Part shown: positions 12,738 to 25,197 of the stretch, piece after piece
How the letters are laid out: the number at the start of each line of letters is the position of its first letter
Numbering within the stretch: the stretch's first letter is position 1
Source of the DNA: Mizuhopecten yessoensis
Lineage: Eukaryota
Length of the DNA stretch: 64,000 nt
Assembly (NCBI RefSeq): GCF_002113885.1
Contig: NW_018407384.1
Coordinates: 692,792-756,791, forward strand
Direction of reading: 5' to 3'
Translations under genes and position numbers: made by a program
Notes under the pieces: model-generated
The model's input: only the letters and a program-made list of their open reading frames with translations
The model's database searches: none
What the model was told of the DNA's origin: nothing

Positions 12738-15700
12738 TTACACAGTCAATATATCATGCTGAACAGAACGTGTCTTTTTGACGCCACATTGAGGAATGAT
12801 CAGCAAAAGCCTGAAATAACAAAAGAAGATTTTTCTATATGTATATATATATAAACTTGCTTTACAAAAGGAGGCCCATAGGGCATGTATAACTCGCTTA
12901 TCTTTGATATTTGAACAGAGAGAGGTTGTAAATATTTCTAACGAATTAAGAACTTTGGAACAATTATGGGTTTATCTGCTGAGCCAATTCAAATCACAGT
13001 CTTTTTGCGGGGCAATAAGCGAAACTCTTTAACTGTGTTTTTGAACATTGACCTTTGTGAATCCTTTGAAAAAGAAATACTTGAAAATATCTCGGTCAGT
13101 CAGAAGACAGAATTGCTATCAAGAATATTCGTTCAACCCCTCTCCCCCAAATAAAAAAAGCCTACTTAGTCAGTGCCATGAAAGAATTGTTTTTGAAAAA
13201 CGTTTTATCAAAAACCACAAGATGGCTTGGAATCTATAAGAACTTAAAGGTGATACGGCCAATCAGAGACCAGGACAGCCATTTCCGATTCGGAACAAAC
13301 ACGAAAAAAACAAGCTGTTCAGGGCCACCAGAAGAGTATTCGTATCAGTTTGGTTAGTATAAGCAAGGAATTTGTTGTACGCCGGGTACTACGACCTGGC
13401 ATCCTTCTTAAAGATACCAAGGAAATATAATCTAATTCGAACCACTAAAAAATTGTATTATGCATGTTGTACCTTCGAATTCGAAATGTTTGAATTTCTA
13501 ATTTATAAATATATATATGTAATTATATTCCTGTTAACTGTCTTTCCAAGGAATACTTCATGCAAAATTAAGTTGAAATAAATTCCAACCCATACAGAAG
13601 TAGTATTTTAAACAGTAAACAGATAGTAACTAACACTACGGGCATATTATATACTTACATCAACAATAGACAGGATACAAAGGAAAACGTCGCCATCACG
13701 AAGAAGACCATTCCTTGCAGTATGGTGACCGTGGCATTGTAAATGGCGTTTGCAATAACCGAGCTCACCATAGTTCCGATCGTCTCGAAAGCGGCGGCCC
13801 CCGCAAACATGGTACCTAAAGCATTATTAAAAACATGTTCAATGTTCATTTTTTGTCTGTTCTTCTGTCTGGAACATTAACATATGATAAAACTTAATCA
13901 GGAAAAGACGGAACTAATCGTCTTTTCCCCAAAGTGTCAGCAAACAATGGCTCTCCAGCTCAAGGTTGGTGCCAGAACTAGTGAGACTGTTCCAGCTGTT
14001 AAAAACCTAGGGGTATACTTTGACAGTTCTCTGAACATGGAGAAAGAAGTGAACGCTATTGCCAAATCCTGTTACTACCAGATCAGGAACATCGGCTGTA
14101 TTCGGCAGTTTCTAACTGCAGATGCATGCAAGATTTTGGGGCATTCACTTGTTACCTCTCGGTTGGATTATGGTAACGCCCTGCTCTGTGGTATATCTGA
14201 TGCCCAACTGCACATTCATTTAAAACAAATATAAACTACATTAAATAAACCAACAAACCAATGCCTGTCGATACAAATGTGGTGTTAGAGTGTATGAGTG
14301 AGTAATTGAGATTATTTTGTGTTCTTATATAATTATTTATGTCTTCTTTTTGTGTTTTCATATTATTATTATTATTATTTTTTATTTTTTTTTTTCTTTT
14401 TTCTTTTTTTCTGTTTTCTTTAAGTTAATTTTCTATTTGATTTTCCAACTCATCTCAAGACATGTCTACTTCAAATAAGTCCTGGTACATTTCTTTATCA
14501 GCATACATGCATGTATCAGTTTTGCTTTATTTCATGTTGCCGTAGCAAATGTTAGTTGCTCAAGGTCAAGACGTATATCCATATATTTAATTCGATTTGA
14601 ATACTGTGTATATTTATAACGGTATATTTAATTCTTCTTGACACAAATTTTACAACTATATTAAATATTGATATCGCAAAGTTTGTATTTTTTTTCCAAG
14701 GATTTTTTTTTCTTTTTTTTTTCTGTAGAAACATGAAAATATTAATGAGGTAAGAGGGAGTTGAAATAAAATGTATGTATGTAAATATTGTATTCAATGT
14801 CTTCAAATATCAAAAGTATGCTGGAAGCCATGGAGAGAGCTTAAATAGGCAAAGCCTGTTGCTCAATCCTTTTGTTTAATCAATAAAATATATTTGAAAT
14901 GAAATATAGCTGCACAATTTTAATATTATGTCTACGGAGATATAGCTGCACAATTTTAATATTATGTCTACAGAGATATTGCTGCACAAGTTAATACTAT
15001 GTCTACGGAGATATTGCTGGTTTAATAGTATGTCTACATAGATATTGCCGCACAAGTTTAATACTATGTGTATAGAAATATTGCTGCACAAGTTTAATAC
15101 TATGTGTATAGAGATATTGCTGCACAAGTTTAATACTATGAGTATAGAGATATTGCTGCACAAGTTTAATACTGTCTACAGGGATATAGCTGCACAAGTT
15201 TAATACTATGTCTACAGAGATCGATATAGCTGCACAAGTTTAATACTATGTCTACAGAGATATTGCTGCACAAGTTTGATACTATGTCTACAGAGATACA
15301 GCTGCACAAGTTTAATACTATTTCTACAGAGATATTGCTGGTTTAATAGTATGTCTACAGAGATATTGCTGCACAAGTTTAATACTATGTCTACAAAGAT
15401 ATAGCTGCACAAGTTTAATACTATGTCTACAGAGATCGATATAGCTGCACAAGTTTAATACTATGTCTACAGAGATCGATATAGCTGCACAAGTTTAATA
15501 CTATGTCTACGGAGAGTTTGTCGGAAAGAAAGAGTAGGTAGGCGAGAAAAGGTCCAAACTGTTTCAATGAAGGCAGCGGATCAAATATGATTTCTTAAAT
15601 GTTCCCTATGCAAAAGACGGAGAAGAAACGCCCAAATTCTGCTGGGGACGGACCTGCATACACCACCTTATAGATACATACAGTGGATATACATAGTTTT

Positions 15701-17979
15701 TGTCTCTACCACGACCAGCAGGGGACCATGGGACCAGATGGCAATTGTCGAGTGTGCACACTGCCTATCTGTATGTCTCTCGTCATGTGCTAATTTTCCA
15801 CGCGGAAGTTAATTCAGCATTAACCTGAAATTGTTAAATCTGTTCTTGATAATGTTTGATATAGGCATTGTCTCTAAGTGTTTGTGTAAGTTGCATCTGT
15901 CGAATTGACATCTGACATAGTAAAACAAGTCGGTCTTGTCCATCTCATTTATGCCTTAAAATATTTCATAGATCTGTATCACATCTATGGTCAACACACC
16001 ATCGTCAACTTATCCACGAAATATGCCTACAATTTCTAATGAATACCTTACCAAACTATGAAACTTATCACGTTACTCGGAAATTTGATTTTTGTTCATA
16101 CTTCTGACCCCAGTTAAATCCAGTTCCAACGTTTCGCAGATATGTCCTCTGTTAAACCCTGTTCGTATGTTGCTGCTTACCTTGTTTGTCAGCTGGTGTC
16201 ATTTTGGACATAATGGCTCGGACCATGGGCATGGTCAATACACCTCCTGCACCAACCACAGGTACTACAAGGGGAAGTAACCAACGTTAGTACAAACTGT
16301 TACACTGGTGAAATATCAGGATGTAAAGAAAACAGTGGAGGTGAGGGGCTGTCATGCTAATTTGAATATCGTGTACTTCCTTCAATTTACTCTAGAGCGA
16401 AGACTGAAAATACAAAATATGTAAAAGCTTGAATTTCTACTTTTAGATTCAGCTAATTAACAACTAGGGCCTGTAAAATAATACAATTGGCGGTAAGTTG
16501 CATACACTAATTATAATATCACTGATTATAACAATATGATCAATGGGTTCGGGTTAAGCTTATCGTCGATAACACAGGAATTGAAAAAATATGAAGTGAT
16601 GTAAAGTTAATGAAAAATTTAAAAAGTTTAATGATATTTATAAAAGTAATGACTTTTTATGTTGCATCATTTGAATTGTTAGAAAAGTTATACAAAACAC
16701 GACACTGAATACAAATAATCATCATTTGAAAAGCAAGATTGAAAAAAAAGTAGAATCTGACAAAATACACGATAAAAATATACCAACCTATGTAGAAACT
16801 GGTTTCCGTGGTGACAAACCCCTCCATTACGAGCGACGCTGTTGAAGAGAGTGCCCCAACAATAGCGATTGCCTCGTCCCTCATACAATACTGTAGCAAC
16901 TTGACAAGCAGCAGGCAGATGACCTGCTGGACTCCACTGCGAACTGTTCCGTAATATCCAATCTCCACAGGGTCCCAACAAAATGGAGACCCAAGTTGTA
17001 GGAGAGTTTCTACCGACGGTCGTCCTAGCAGTGTTAACGTGGTCAAGAAGAACACAGATATACAAACAACATATTTCCACCTTTCTCTGTCAGAAGATCG
17101 TTTGAAATAAAATGCGAGGGCATTTCCAACATATTTTATAACATCTGAACATTTCCGCCTCTCTGTTATCTGCGCCGATGTGACACTTTCGGGTAAAAGC
17201 AACATAATCATGATAAGACATACGACTAAGAGTCCGGCGGAAAACACCGTAGTCCACGTGAAGCCAATAGACTTGATGAGATACCCTGATACCAGGAACC
17301 CCAGGAAAGAACCAAGACCGAGGCTGACCTCGACAAGGGTAATGGCAAACGATCGCTTGTCATTCGCGGCGGTAATGTCCGCCATGTATGCATAGCCAGC
17401 CTGCGCTATTCCTAAGAAGTATCCAAGCGTACCTTCTATGAAGAACGCAATCAAAAGGAAGTAAACATCTGCCTCTAAATACATAACGATTAAAACAATG
17501 ACACATCGGAGAAATGAGCCAATGGCGGGAAGAATAAACAAGAACTTTCTACCAAATTTGTCACTGAAGGTACCGAATATGAGATTGGCAAAGATGGCGG
17601 GGATTCCCCCAGCCAGAGAGAGGTAGATGTTGAACAGTGAAGTGGCTTCCTGCACGCGAGTTTGTTCTTTGTATAGCTGGGATTGGTTGGCCTCGCACTG
17701 GTTTGATGACACGTTATCCCAGTTGGACTGATTTGGGTACATAGACTTGCCTATAGAATAGTACCCGTACTGGCTCACATTCGCGAAGGCTGTGATGAAC
17801 GAAAACATGTAGAGGAATATGATAGGCAGGACGACGAGACTTTTGAGGTCCATCTTATTTTTGTCTCCTGGGACATCACTTTGTTCCTCCAAATCCAGAC
17901 CCTTGACACCGTCGGTAGTTGATCCATAACCACCACATTCACTACTTGAGGCTAACAGCGGCTCTCGGTCGTCAGCCAT
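12738..17979 (-). CDS. SLC46A: SLC46A-family MFS transporter (PCFT/SLC46A3-like), gene A, 501 aa; coding exons 17979-16788, 16264-16181, 13815-13659, 12810-12738
   Basis: MFS motif A GTFSDKFGRK; glycosylated Cys-containing first loop; YMADIT; LGSPFCWDPVEIGY; 84-nt exon VPVVGAGGVLTMPMVRAIMSKMTPADKQG; 157-nt exon TMFAG.... All introns GT-AG and phase compatible (1192+84+157+73=1506 nt). N-terminal DREPLL. UTR acceptor near 18072. Confidence 0.92.
13860..14234 (+). mobile_element. L2-clade LINE RT C-terminal fragment in an intron of gene A
   Basis: KLNQEKTELIVF, VKNLGVYFDSSL, LVTSRLDYGNALL motifs. Confidence 0.88.
14900..15512. repeat. 36-bp intronic minisatellite (GATATTGCTGCACAAGTTTAATACTATGTCTACAGA)
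   Basis: Direct tandem repeat with occasional shortened and +4-bp variants. Confidence 0.93.
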
Positions 17980-18125
17980 TTTTCGTAGTTCGGTTGTCGG
18001 GTGCAAGGGTATGGCTACAGTTATATCCTCTCCCGAGTACCAGTCATCACATACAACCTCATCACGTCAATCTGTAATGATTAATTGAAAATTAGAGGAT
18101 TCCATTTTAAGGACCAGAGAGGAGG

Positions 18126-18246
18126 TAGCCCGAGTTTCCTCTAGCCCTAACACTAGACTTAGACATTTTGACAGTAGCTGGTAACCCAGACATCTATCTG
18201 TCAAAATGTCCAAGTCTGGTGTCAGGGCTTGAGGAAACTCGGGCTA
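18126..18246. mobile_element. 121-bp palindromic MITE, TAG...CTA termini, 9-bp TSD (AcademH-like non-autonomous element)
   Basis: ~48-bp TIRs TAGCCCGAGTTTCCTC...GAGGAAACTCGGGCTA; flanks GAGAGGAGG / GGGAGGAGG. Superfamily assignment is inference from termini and TSD length. Confidence 0.85.
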
Positions 18247-18482
18247 GGGAGGAGGGAGCAATTTTAACACCGGGTCGACATGATCGAGTCGTCTATACAT
18301 GGAACGAGTTAGAATACCCAGTTATAGAATATACAGTTGACGTACCAAAAGTATCTTTGAATTAAATATGATTTGAATAAATTTGAACGAATTTTCAACA
18401 TGCAATTGAATAATTTACCTCGGTGCTGGCGCAGGTTGATTTGTTAATTTGTTTGCCTGTGGCTAAATACCACCGATAATTA

Positions 18483-19461
18483 TGGCAAGCCAAGTTGTCA
18501 TTTATTCATGGAGCAATGTTGATCCAGTACTTAACCAAATTATATAGGATATCGTATATACTTTGTGAGATATCTTATATAATAAATGAGATCTCTTATA
18601 TACTTTGTGAGATATCTTATATAATAAATGAGATATCTTATATACTTAACAAGATATCTTATATACTTTGCTTTATAAGATGAGATATCTCATAAAAGAT
18701 ATAAAATGTCTTATAAAATAATTAAATGAGATATCTTATTATATAAGAAATCTTATTCTTTTATAAGATATTGTATATATTATATAAGATATCTTATAAA
18801 CAAAATTAAATGAGATATCTTATATAATTCGGTTTTAAGAATTCTTATAATGAACGAGATTTGAATTTGAGATAATAAACCCTCTCCTACAGCGATCGGA
18901 ACCTATCGATAACCGAGGATGTCCGAGAGGATTTGATCGAAAATGGCTGCCTGTGACAATGGGATCAAATTGAAACTACATATAATTATGGCAAGCCAAG
19001 TTGTCATTTATTCATGGAGCAATGTTGATCCAGTACTTAACCAAATTATCGCCAACGAAAACGGATGTGACCTTACAACGGGAGCAGTCATTTTCAAACA
19101 TTTCTTCTTTGTCCGTCTGGCGAGAGTCTCGTTCTTTATAAGATATCTCAATTAACTTTCTTAATAAGATATCTTATAAATAAAATAATTGAGATATCTT
19201 ATAAAAGATATAAGATATCCTATATATTATATAAGATATCTTATATAATAAATAAGATATCTTATAAAGAAATGTTTATGAGATATCTTATATCTTTAAA
19301 AGATATCTTATAAAGTATATAAGATATCTCATAAAAGATATAAGATATCTCATAAACTTTAAATAAAATATCTTATATAATATATAAGATATTATCTTAT
19401 ATAATTTTGTTAAGTACTGGATCAACATGGCTCCAATAATAAATGACAACTTGGCTTGCCA
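18483..19461. mobile_element. Foldback-like non-autonomous DNA transposon with ~60-bp TIRs, GAGATATCTTATA subterminal repeats and TA flanks
   Basis: ta|TGGCAAGCCAAGTTGTCATTTATT...AATAAATGACAACTTGGCTTGCCA|ta; an extra left TIR copy at ~18989-19048. Confidence 0.85.
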
Positions 19462-21337
19462 TAGGTAATAGATAGTCATCAAAACGGTTAAGCTGTCCCT
19501 TGAGGATGTAGGAAATATTGATGTTCAGATGTTTGACGTTAATGGCAATATGAATAAAATCAAACCTTGCATGATACATGTTTAGCCCTACGTGAAAAAA
19601 GGAATATGCATTAACAAAATATTGTCTATAAAAACACACAAAGGGGTATTCTGTCCGACATTCTTTACAGTACATAAGTATACACCTTAACTCATTCACC
19701 CTTGAAGACACATTTAAGCTCTTCAAATTCAAAGGTTGGAATAGTTTATTATGAAATTTCAGGGGTGGATGAGTTAATGTCGGCCGCTTCCATATACTTG
19801 TAAATATGACACTGTACACTTATAAAAAGACAAAGAGGAATATTTCGCCTATGTAAGTTTAGTATTCCTAATGATTAAATAATCGTTATTGTTCGCCATT
19901 TCCTTTCCTCCTTCGTACTGGACTGGGCATTGTTAAGTTCTCACTACGAATAGTGGTAAACAAGCAATATAAGCTCCTATGGCATTATATATTATTTTGA
20001 ATTCGAAAGACAATCAATTAGTTTGGTATGAAGCATATATCAGTAAAAATGACAATTTGTTTTACCATCGCTCACGTGTGGTTTAATACAGCGACATGTT
20101 TTCTTTTTTGGGTCAGTTCGGCAATGGTTCAATGAATGTTAAATTGCATCGATTTTGTTTGGCAATCTCGTATATAGCTTGATGAAAAAAAAGCCGAAAA
20201 ATGTTTAATTTATATGAGAGTTACGTCCCTTATGTAAACAATGGACATACACTACTGTAGACAAACAACGATTGTGCAATGAATGTAAAATATATACTGT
20301 CTAATCAACACAAATAGCAGTTGATTCGCATTTACTGACCTGTCGGTGAACGTCATATTTGTAACTGACTCAACTCTCACGTAACGTTAGCTGATGGTCT
20401 ACTCGCGTATGACCAGAAACCACGGATGCGGAAGTAGTGTAACAGTCACAAAACAGTTCAATCAGTGACTAATACAGTACAACTGTCCGTGTATGATATG
20501 TACAATACCTGCAGCACGCCTTATCTGTCTGATGCCCAGTCCATGTTGTACACGATCACGCATTCTCTCCGTACTATGGTGTAACTACCAGGTCTCATTG
20601 TGTGGCGATATGGGTAGCTTAGGCCACAGGCATTACATGTAGCCTGTCACCTGCAAGGTCAAAGTGGAGTGTCACAGTGGGGAACGCTTAAGGTAGCTTA
20701 CCGCGTGTGTACACAATTCTTATGTCGAACCGACAAATACGCAATTTGGGTTTTGAAGTTGTATAATCTTATGAAATTATGCCAGACGATTTTTTTTAAT
20801 TGCCGTACATAATCAGATTGTGAACAGACTTGGGCCTGGTATAAATATTACAATAAAGATAAAAGTGAATTTGATCAGTATATCTGATGGATAACAGCTG
20901 TTTAACGTGATACACACCAGTTTCACTGTAACAGGTGTACAGTGTATACAAATCAACATTAATTATGCAGTCGAATCAGAAGCTATATATATATTATCAG
21001 CAGATGGCGTCTGCAGTGTTAACATATACATATATATAATTTTGTATCGCCTACCTGTTAGAGCGATAGCGGTTAGTTACCGTCGACACCCTAACAATAG
21101 TAATCCCCCTGTACTTATTACAGCAACACTTATGTTACATGCGATAGGGTGTGATACAATTGACCGTTGGTCAGTGAAGGATAAAAGTCTGACCTTCACA
21201 CACTGTAATCAGTAGCTAAAACGTCCATCTATGTACACGTACCTATATGTAAGGACTTAGTGTCAGGATGAAGTCAAACGTATGAGCACCATTACCAGAG
21301 ACGTATATGGCTTTATATGTCTATATGTTACACACAA

Positions 21338-21997
21338 GTAATAAATACCGACAAGAAAAATAATTCAGGTAACGGCGTAGTTGGCCAGCTTTTATTCGTT
21401 TAACATTACTTGAATTGTAATACATATATAATATATTGGATAAAACAATGTGATTTTATAGACAAACAGATTTGCAGTAAAAATACTTACAGACGATGAC
21501 GTCACAGTTAGGTATGGTAAGACTATACTGATGCCCTCAGTTAAGTCAAAGACTGAACTCAAGAAAACAGATATGATTGAATGATATTTTGAAACATGTA
21601 GATGAAATTGAATCCTAGATGATCCAGAAGTGGATTAGTTCAAGAACTTCCGAAGTTGTCTCCCTTTTATACACCATACCTTTAAGAATAACGGGGTTAT
21701 ACTGGGTACAGTAACTNGTAATAAATACCGACAAGAAAAATAATTCAGGTAACGGCGTAGTTGTCCAGCTTTTATTCGTTTAACATTACTTGAATTGTAA
21801 TAGATATATAATATATTGGATAAAACAATGTGATTTTATAGACAAAAGATTTGCAGTAAAAATACTTACAGGCGATGATGTCACAGTTAGGTATGGTAAG
21901 ACTATACTGATGCCCTCAGTTAAGGAAGTTCCGAAGTTGTCTCCCTTTTATACACCATACCTTTAAGAATTACGGGGTTATACTGGGTACAGTAACT
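21338..21997. repeat. Near-identical direct duplication separated by a single N (probably two haplotypes placed in tandem)
   Basis: 21338-21716 vs 21718-21997; N at 21717; copy 1 has an extra ~100 bp. Confidence 0.85.
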
Positions 21998-22909
21998 GTA
22001 TCTTCCTGGTATCCCCCCTCCTCCGCCCCGGTTCGTGCGTGCTACACAATATGTAAGGAAGTTATTGTTTAACCTGTCGTTTTTCTACTTCGCTTTGAAA
22101 TATCATGATAAAGCTACACTAAACAATGTTTACAAATATGATCCGAAAATCTGCAACGAAATTTAAAGCACATTTATGTTCGCCATTCATTGGTGGCGTA
22201 TATCTCAAGCACCCTAACGTGTGCTTGAGATCTTAACGTGTGCTTGAGATCAACTACGGTTACTTATCGATTTGCTGGAAAACCTATGTAACATTCTGAA
22301 ATACAAACCTTAAAGTCTCCAGGCAACACAATCCAGTGCTGCCTACTGGGTAGCTCATGTATCGTTTGTAGCATTCTCAACGTTCAATCGTTTTCTGTTT
22401 CGTTACCTTAACGGATGACAAAAAAGTGTCACAATAGCAATAATAATTGTATTCCCATGACAAACCTCACCTGGGAAACACCACATCACTTCAAGCTCAC
22501 TCGAGTTAATGTTGTCATCAATCGACTTAAGTTGAACTAAAATGTAAGTACATTATGGGTCATTAACGCACATATTTTGCTGATTTAATATTATTTACTT
22601 TTTTATTTTTCGCGAAAATACTTGTCGAATTTACATATCATAGCATACTTAGTCATCATATCGAATAGATTTTATTGAGAACACACTACACGTCATTTTA
22701 TTATACCTACACTTCGGCATTGTACATATCTTATATATAAAGTTGAAATACACAAGCTCATGTGCAGTTAACGGGATTTGTATCCGTGTATGAAAACATG
22801 TTAACATGCTCCAGTGCACAGGAATGCATTATGTGCATTGTGCATCAAATCTCCGTCCCATCAAACTTATTTTAAAGAGGAGAGCGTCATAATTTTATTA
22901 GTTTAACAG

Positions 22910-22970
22910 TTGGTTGGTTGTACATGTTAACGTCATATCAACAGCTAAGGTCGTTTAAGCCCGGGGACAA
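22910..22970 (-). mobile_element. SINE 3'-end fragment
   Basis: TTGGTTGGTT...TTAACGTC..TCAACAGCTAAGGTC.TTTAAG motif; a degenerate related copy lies at ~31160-31200. Confidence 0.4.
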
Positions 22971-23439
22971 GGTATGTTGGTGTATTCGAATCATAATAAG
23001 ATTTGACACAGGCTCATCATGGTACACACTATATGAACTCTAAACACATAGAGCATCCTTAGTAAAATATCAAATCTTAAGGTATGGCAGATATGATTAG
23101 AAACAAATATGTTACGTATGTCAATACCATAAGAACGGACAATAATCATGTGCTATGGATGAAAATGAGAGGCACGTTTGTAATATAGATAGTAGTTTTA
23201 TACACAATGTAGTCTTCATCTGAATGATTTGAAGAACTAGAGCACAAACTACTGAAACATAACACTGAATATAAACACGCTTGTATGCTAGAAGATTTTG
23301 TGAATAGTTTGAGAGAAACACAAGTTTGGAAATTAAATTAATGTTAAAAAGATTTAAAATATTTTTTTATCGCAAAAGGGGGTTGACATCAATCCGACGA
23401 AAATTGGCTGTTCCTACACACGTGGCTCTCATAAAGGCA

Positions 23440-23720
23440 AAATTGATAAAACAACAAAATCAAGTTGTTAATATCAACGTAGGAAGGCGTATATTTGCAG
23501 CAAATAGTAAGTTAAAAAAGTCATTGTTTTTATAAAAAGGCACAACGTTCTGTATTTGATACTTATGTCACCAGTGTTTGAGGACACGCTTGTGATATTG
23601 GGGTTATCACAAAGCTCCAGATTAGAAAAGGTTTACACAAACATTTGTAAGAAGCTACTTGGATTGAAGAAAAAAATACAGGAAACATATTAGTGTATTT
23701 TGTCTTAAAAGTCTGTCTAG
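23440..23720 (+). mobile_element. Highly decayed LINE RT C-terminal fragment
   Basis: Broken frame reading WGYHKAPD..EKVYTNICKKLLGLK, typical of the post-RT region of CR1/L2-group elements. Confidence 0.5.
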
Positions 23721-24698
23721 AGCACATAACTGAATCTAACAATGGACGGAAAATTGTACATTTGGAATAATGAAAAATATTTTTAATAATGTAAACAAGT
23801 GAAGTAGCACGTGCTGCTACATATCAACATTAAGAAGATAACCTTCGCTTTTATTCAGTGTACAAAACCTATCCATGGAGTATTATACTATCATTGAGTA
23901 ATCTTGACACAGAGAAAGACAGACGAAAACTTTTCGAGACATAACAGAATGTATACATGTTGTACTTAGCCAAATTCGAAGAAATCTTACTTCAATGTCC
24001 ATTTTCATAATTTATGTCAAAAATATTTTATTTCAGTTGTCAAGTATTAAATAATGCTTAACATTAAATAAAACATGTATATTTATATATATGTGGCATT
24101 TCCAAAAAGGATAATTCAGTACTGTTTCATATAAGTATGTAAATACTGCGTCCTGGATCACTCTCCGTTTGTTTGTATACAGATGTACATACTTAGGTTT
24201 TTGTATTTACAACCTACGACAGGCTTAAGCTTGAACGCCTACGGAATAAAGAGCATTAACCTTTGGGCATTGATTTTTTTAATTGGACAAATTTTCTTGT
24301 GGAGATATGAGTTTATTGATTAATACATCAACATCCAAGCGGGATTACTCTTGTATTTCATCTAACGCCATTACCTGTGCTTCAAAACCTGCAATCCAAC
24401 TGAATTATTAGATAAGGAATCAGAAACATTGACACGATTACGTATACTTGCTTTACGTGAATTCTATTTTGTTTGATGACTGATGATTTTCAGTATTCCT
24501 AAGAATGGATACTTCTCAAATTTCGACGCTTTCTTTTAAGATTTAGTTTAAACATATTTTATTGCCAAAAAAATGCAAAAGGATTGGGCACAAGTTACAT
24601 GAACATTATTAACGCCCTTTCCTTATAAGATAATTAAATAATTGTATATACACATCATAAGATGGCTTTCATAGTTTAAATCACTGCATTTATCTATT

Positions 24699-24701
<3 letters not shown>

Positions 24702-24735
<34 letters not shown>

Positions 24736-25197
24736 NNNNNNNNNNNNNNNNNNNNNNNNNNNNNNNNNNNNNNNNNNNNNNNNNNNNNNNNNNNNNNNNN
24801 NNNNNNNNNNNNNNNNNNNNNNNNNNNNNNNNNNNNNNNNNNNNNNNNNNNNNNNNNNNNNNNNNNNNNNNNNNNNNNNNNNNNNNNNNNNNNNNNNNNN
24901 NNNNNNNNNNNNNNNNNNNNNNNNNNNNNNNNNNNNNNNNNNNNNNNNNNNNNNNNNNNNNNNNNNNNNNNNNNNNNNNNNNNNNNNNNNNNNNNNNNNN
25001 NNNNNNNNNNNNNNNNNNNNNNNNNNNNNNNNNNNNNNNNNNNNNNNNNNNNNNNNNNNNNNNNNNNNNNNNNNNNNNNNNNNNNNNNNNNNNNNNNNNN
25101 NNNNNNNNNNNNNNNNNNNNNNNNNNNNNNNNNNNNNNNNNNNNNNNNNNNNNNNNNNNNNNNNNNNNNNNNNNNNNNNNNNNNNNNNNNNNNNNNN
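24702..25197. other. (GA)n microsatellite (24702-24735) followed by assembly gap (24736-25197)
   Basis: Seen directly. Confidence 0.98.

Noticed and set aside
16141-16190. Donor-junction duplicate in gene A (TATGTCCTCTGTTAAACCCTGTTCG next to TATGTTGCTGCTTACCTTGTTTG)
   Set aside because: Single, weak copy that could be chance; not counted in the donor-array pattern.
16657-16787. ORF-track tails of the large transporter exons (also 33442-33512, 46015-46034, 54961-55007)
   Set aside because: Read-through into introns beyond conserved donors.
17180-17395. Plus-strand ORFs antisense to transporter exons (also 33896-34180, 46120-46344, 55079-55676)
   Set aside because: Shadow ORFs of the real minus-strand coding sequence.
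17980-18006. TTG-initiated extension MHPTTELRK of gene A
   Set aside because: Eukaryotic gene; ATG 17979 gives a normal N-terminus with the dileucine motif.
20335-20440. Possible non-coding first exon of gene A (donor CAG|GTCAGT at ~20340)
   Set aside because: Only a donor-like motif with no paralogous conservation to support it.
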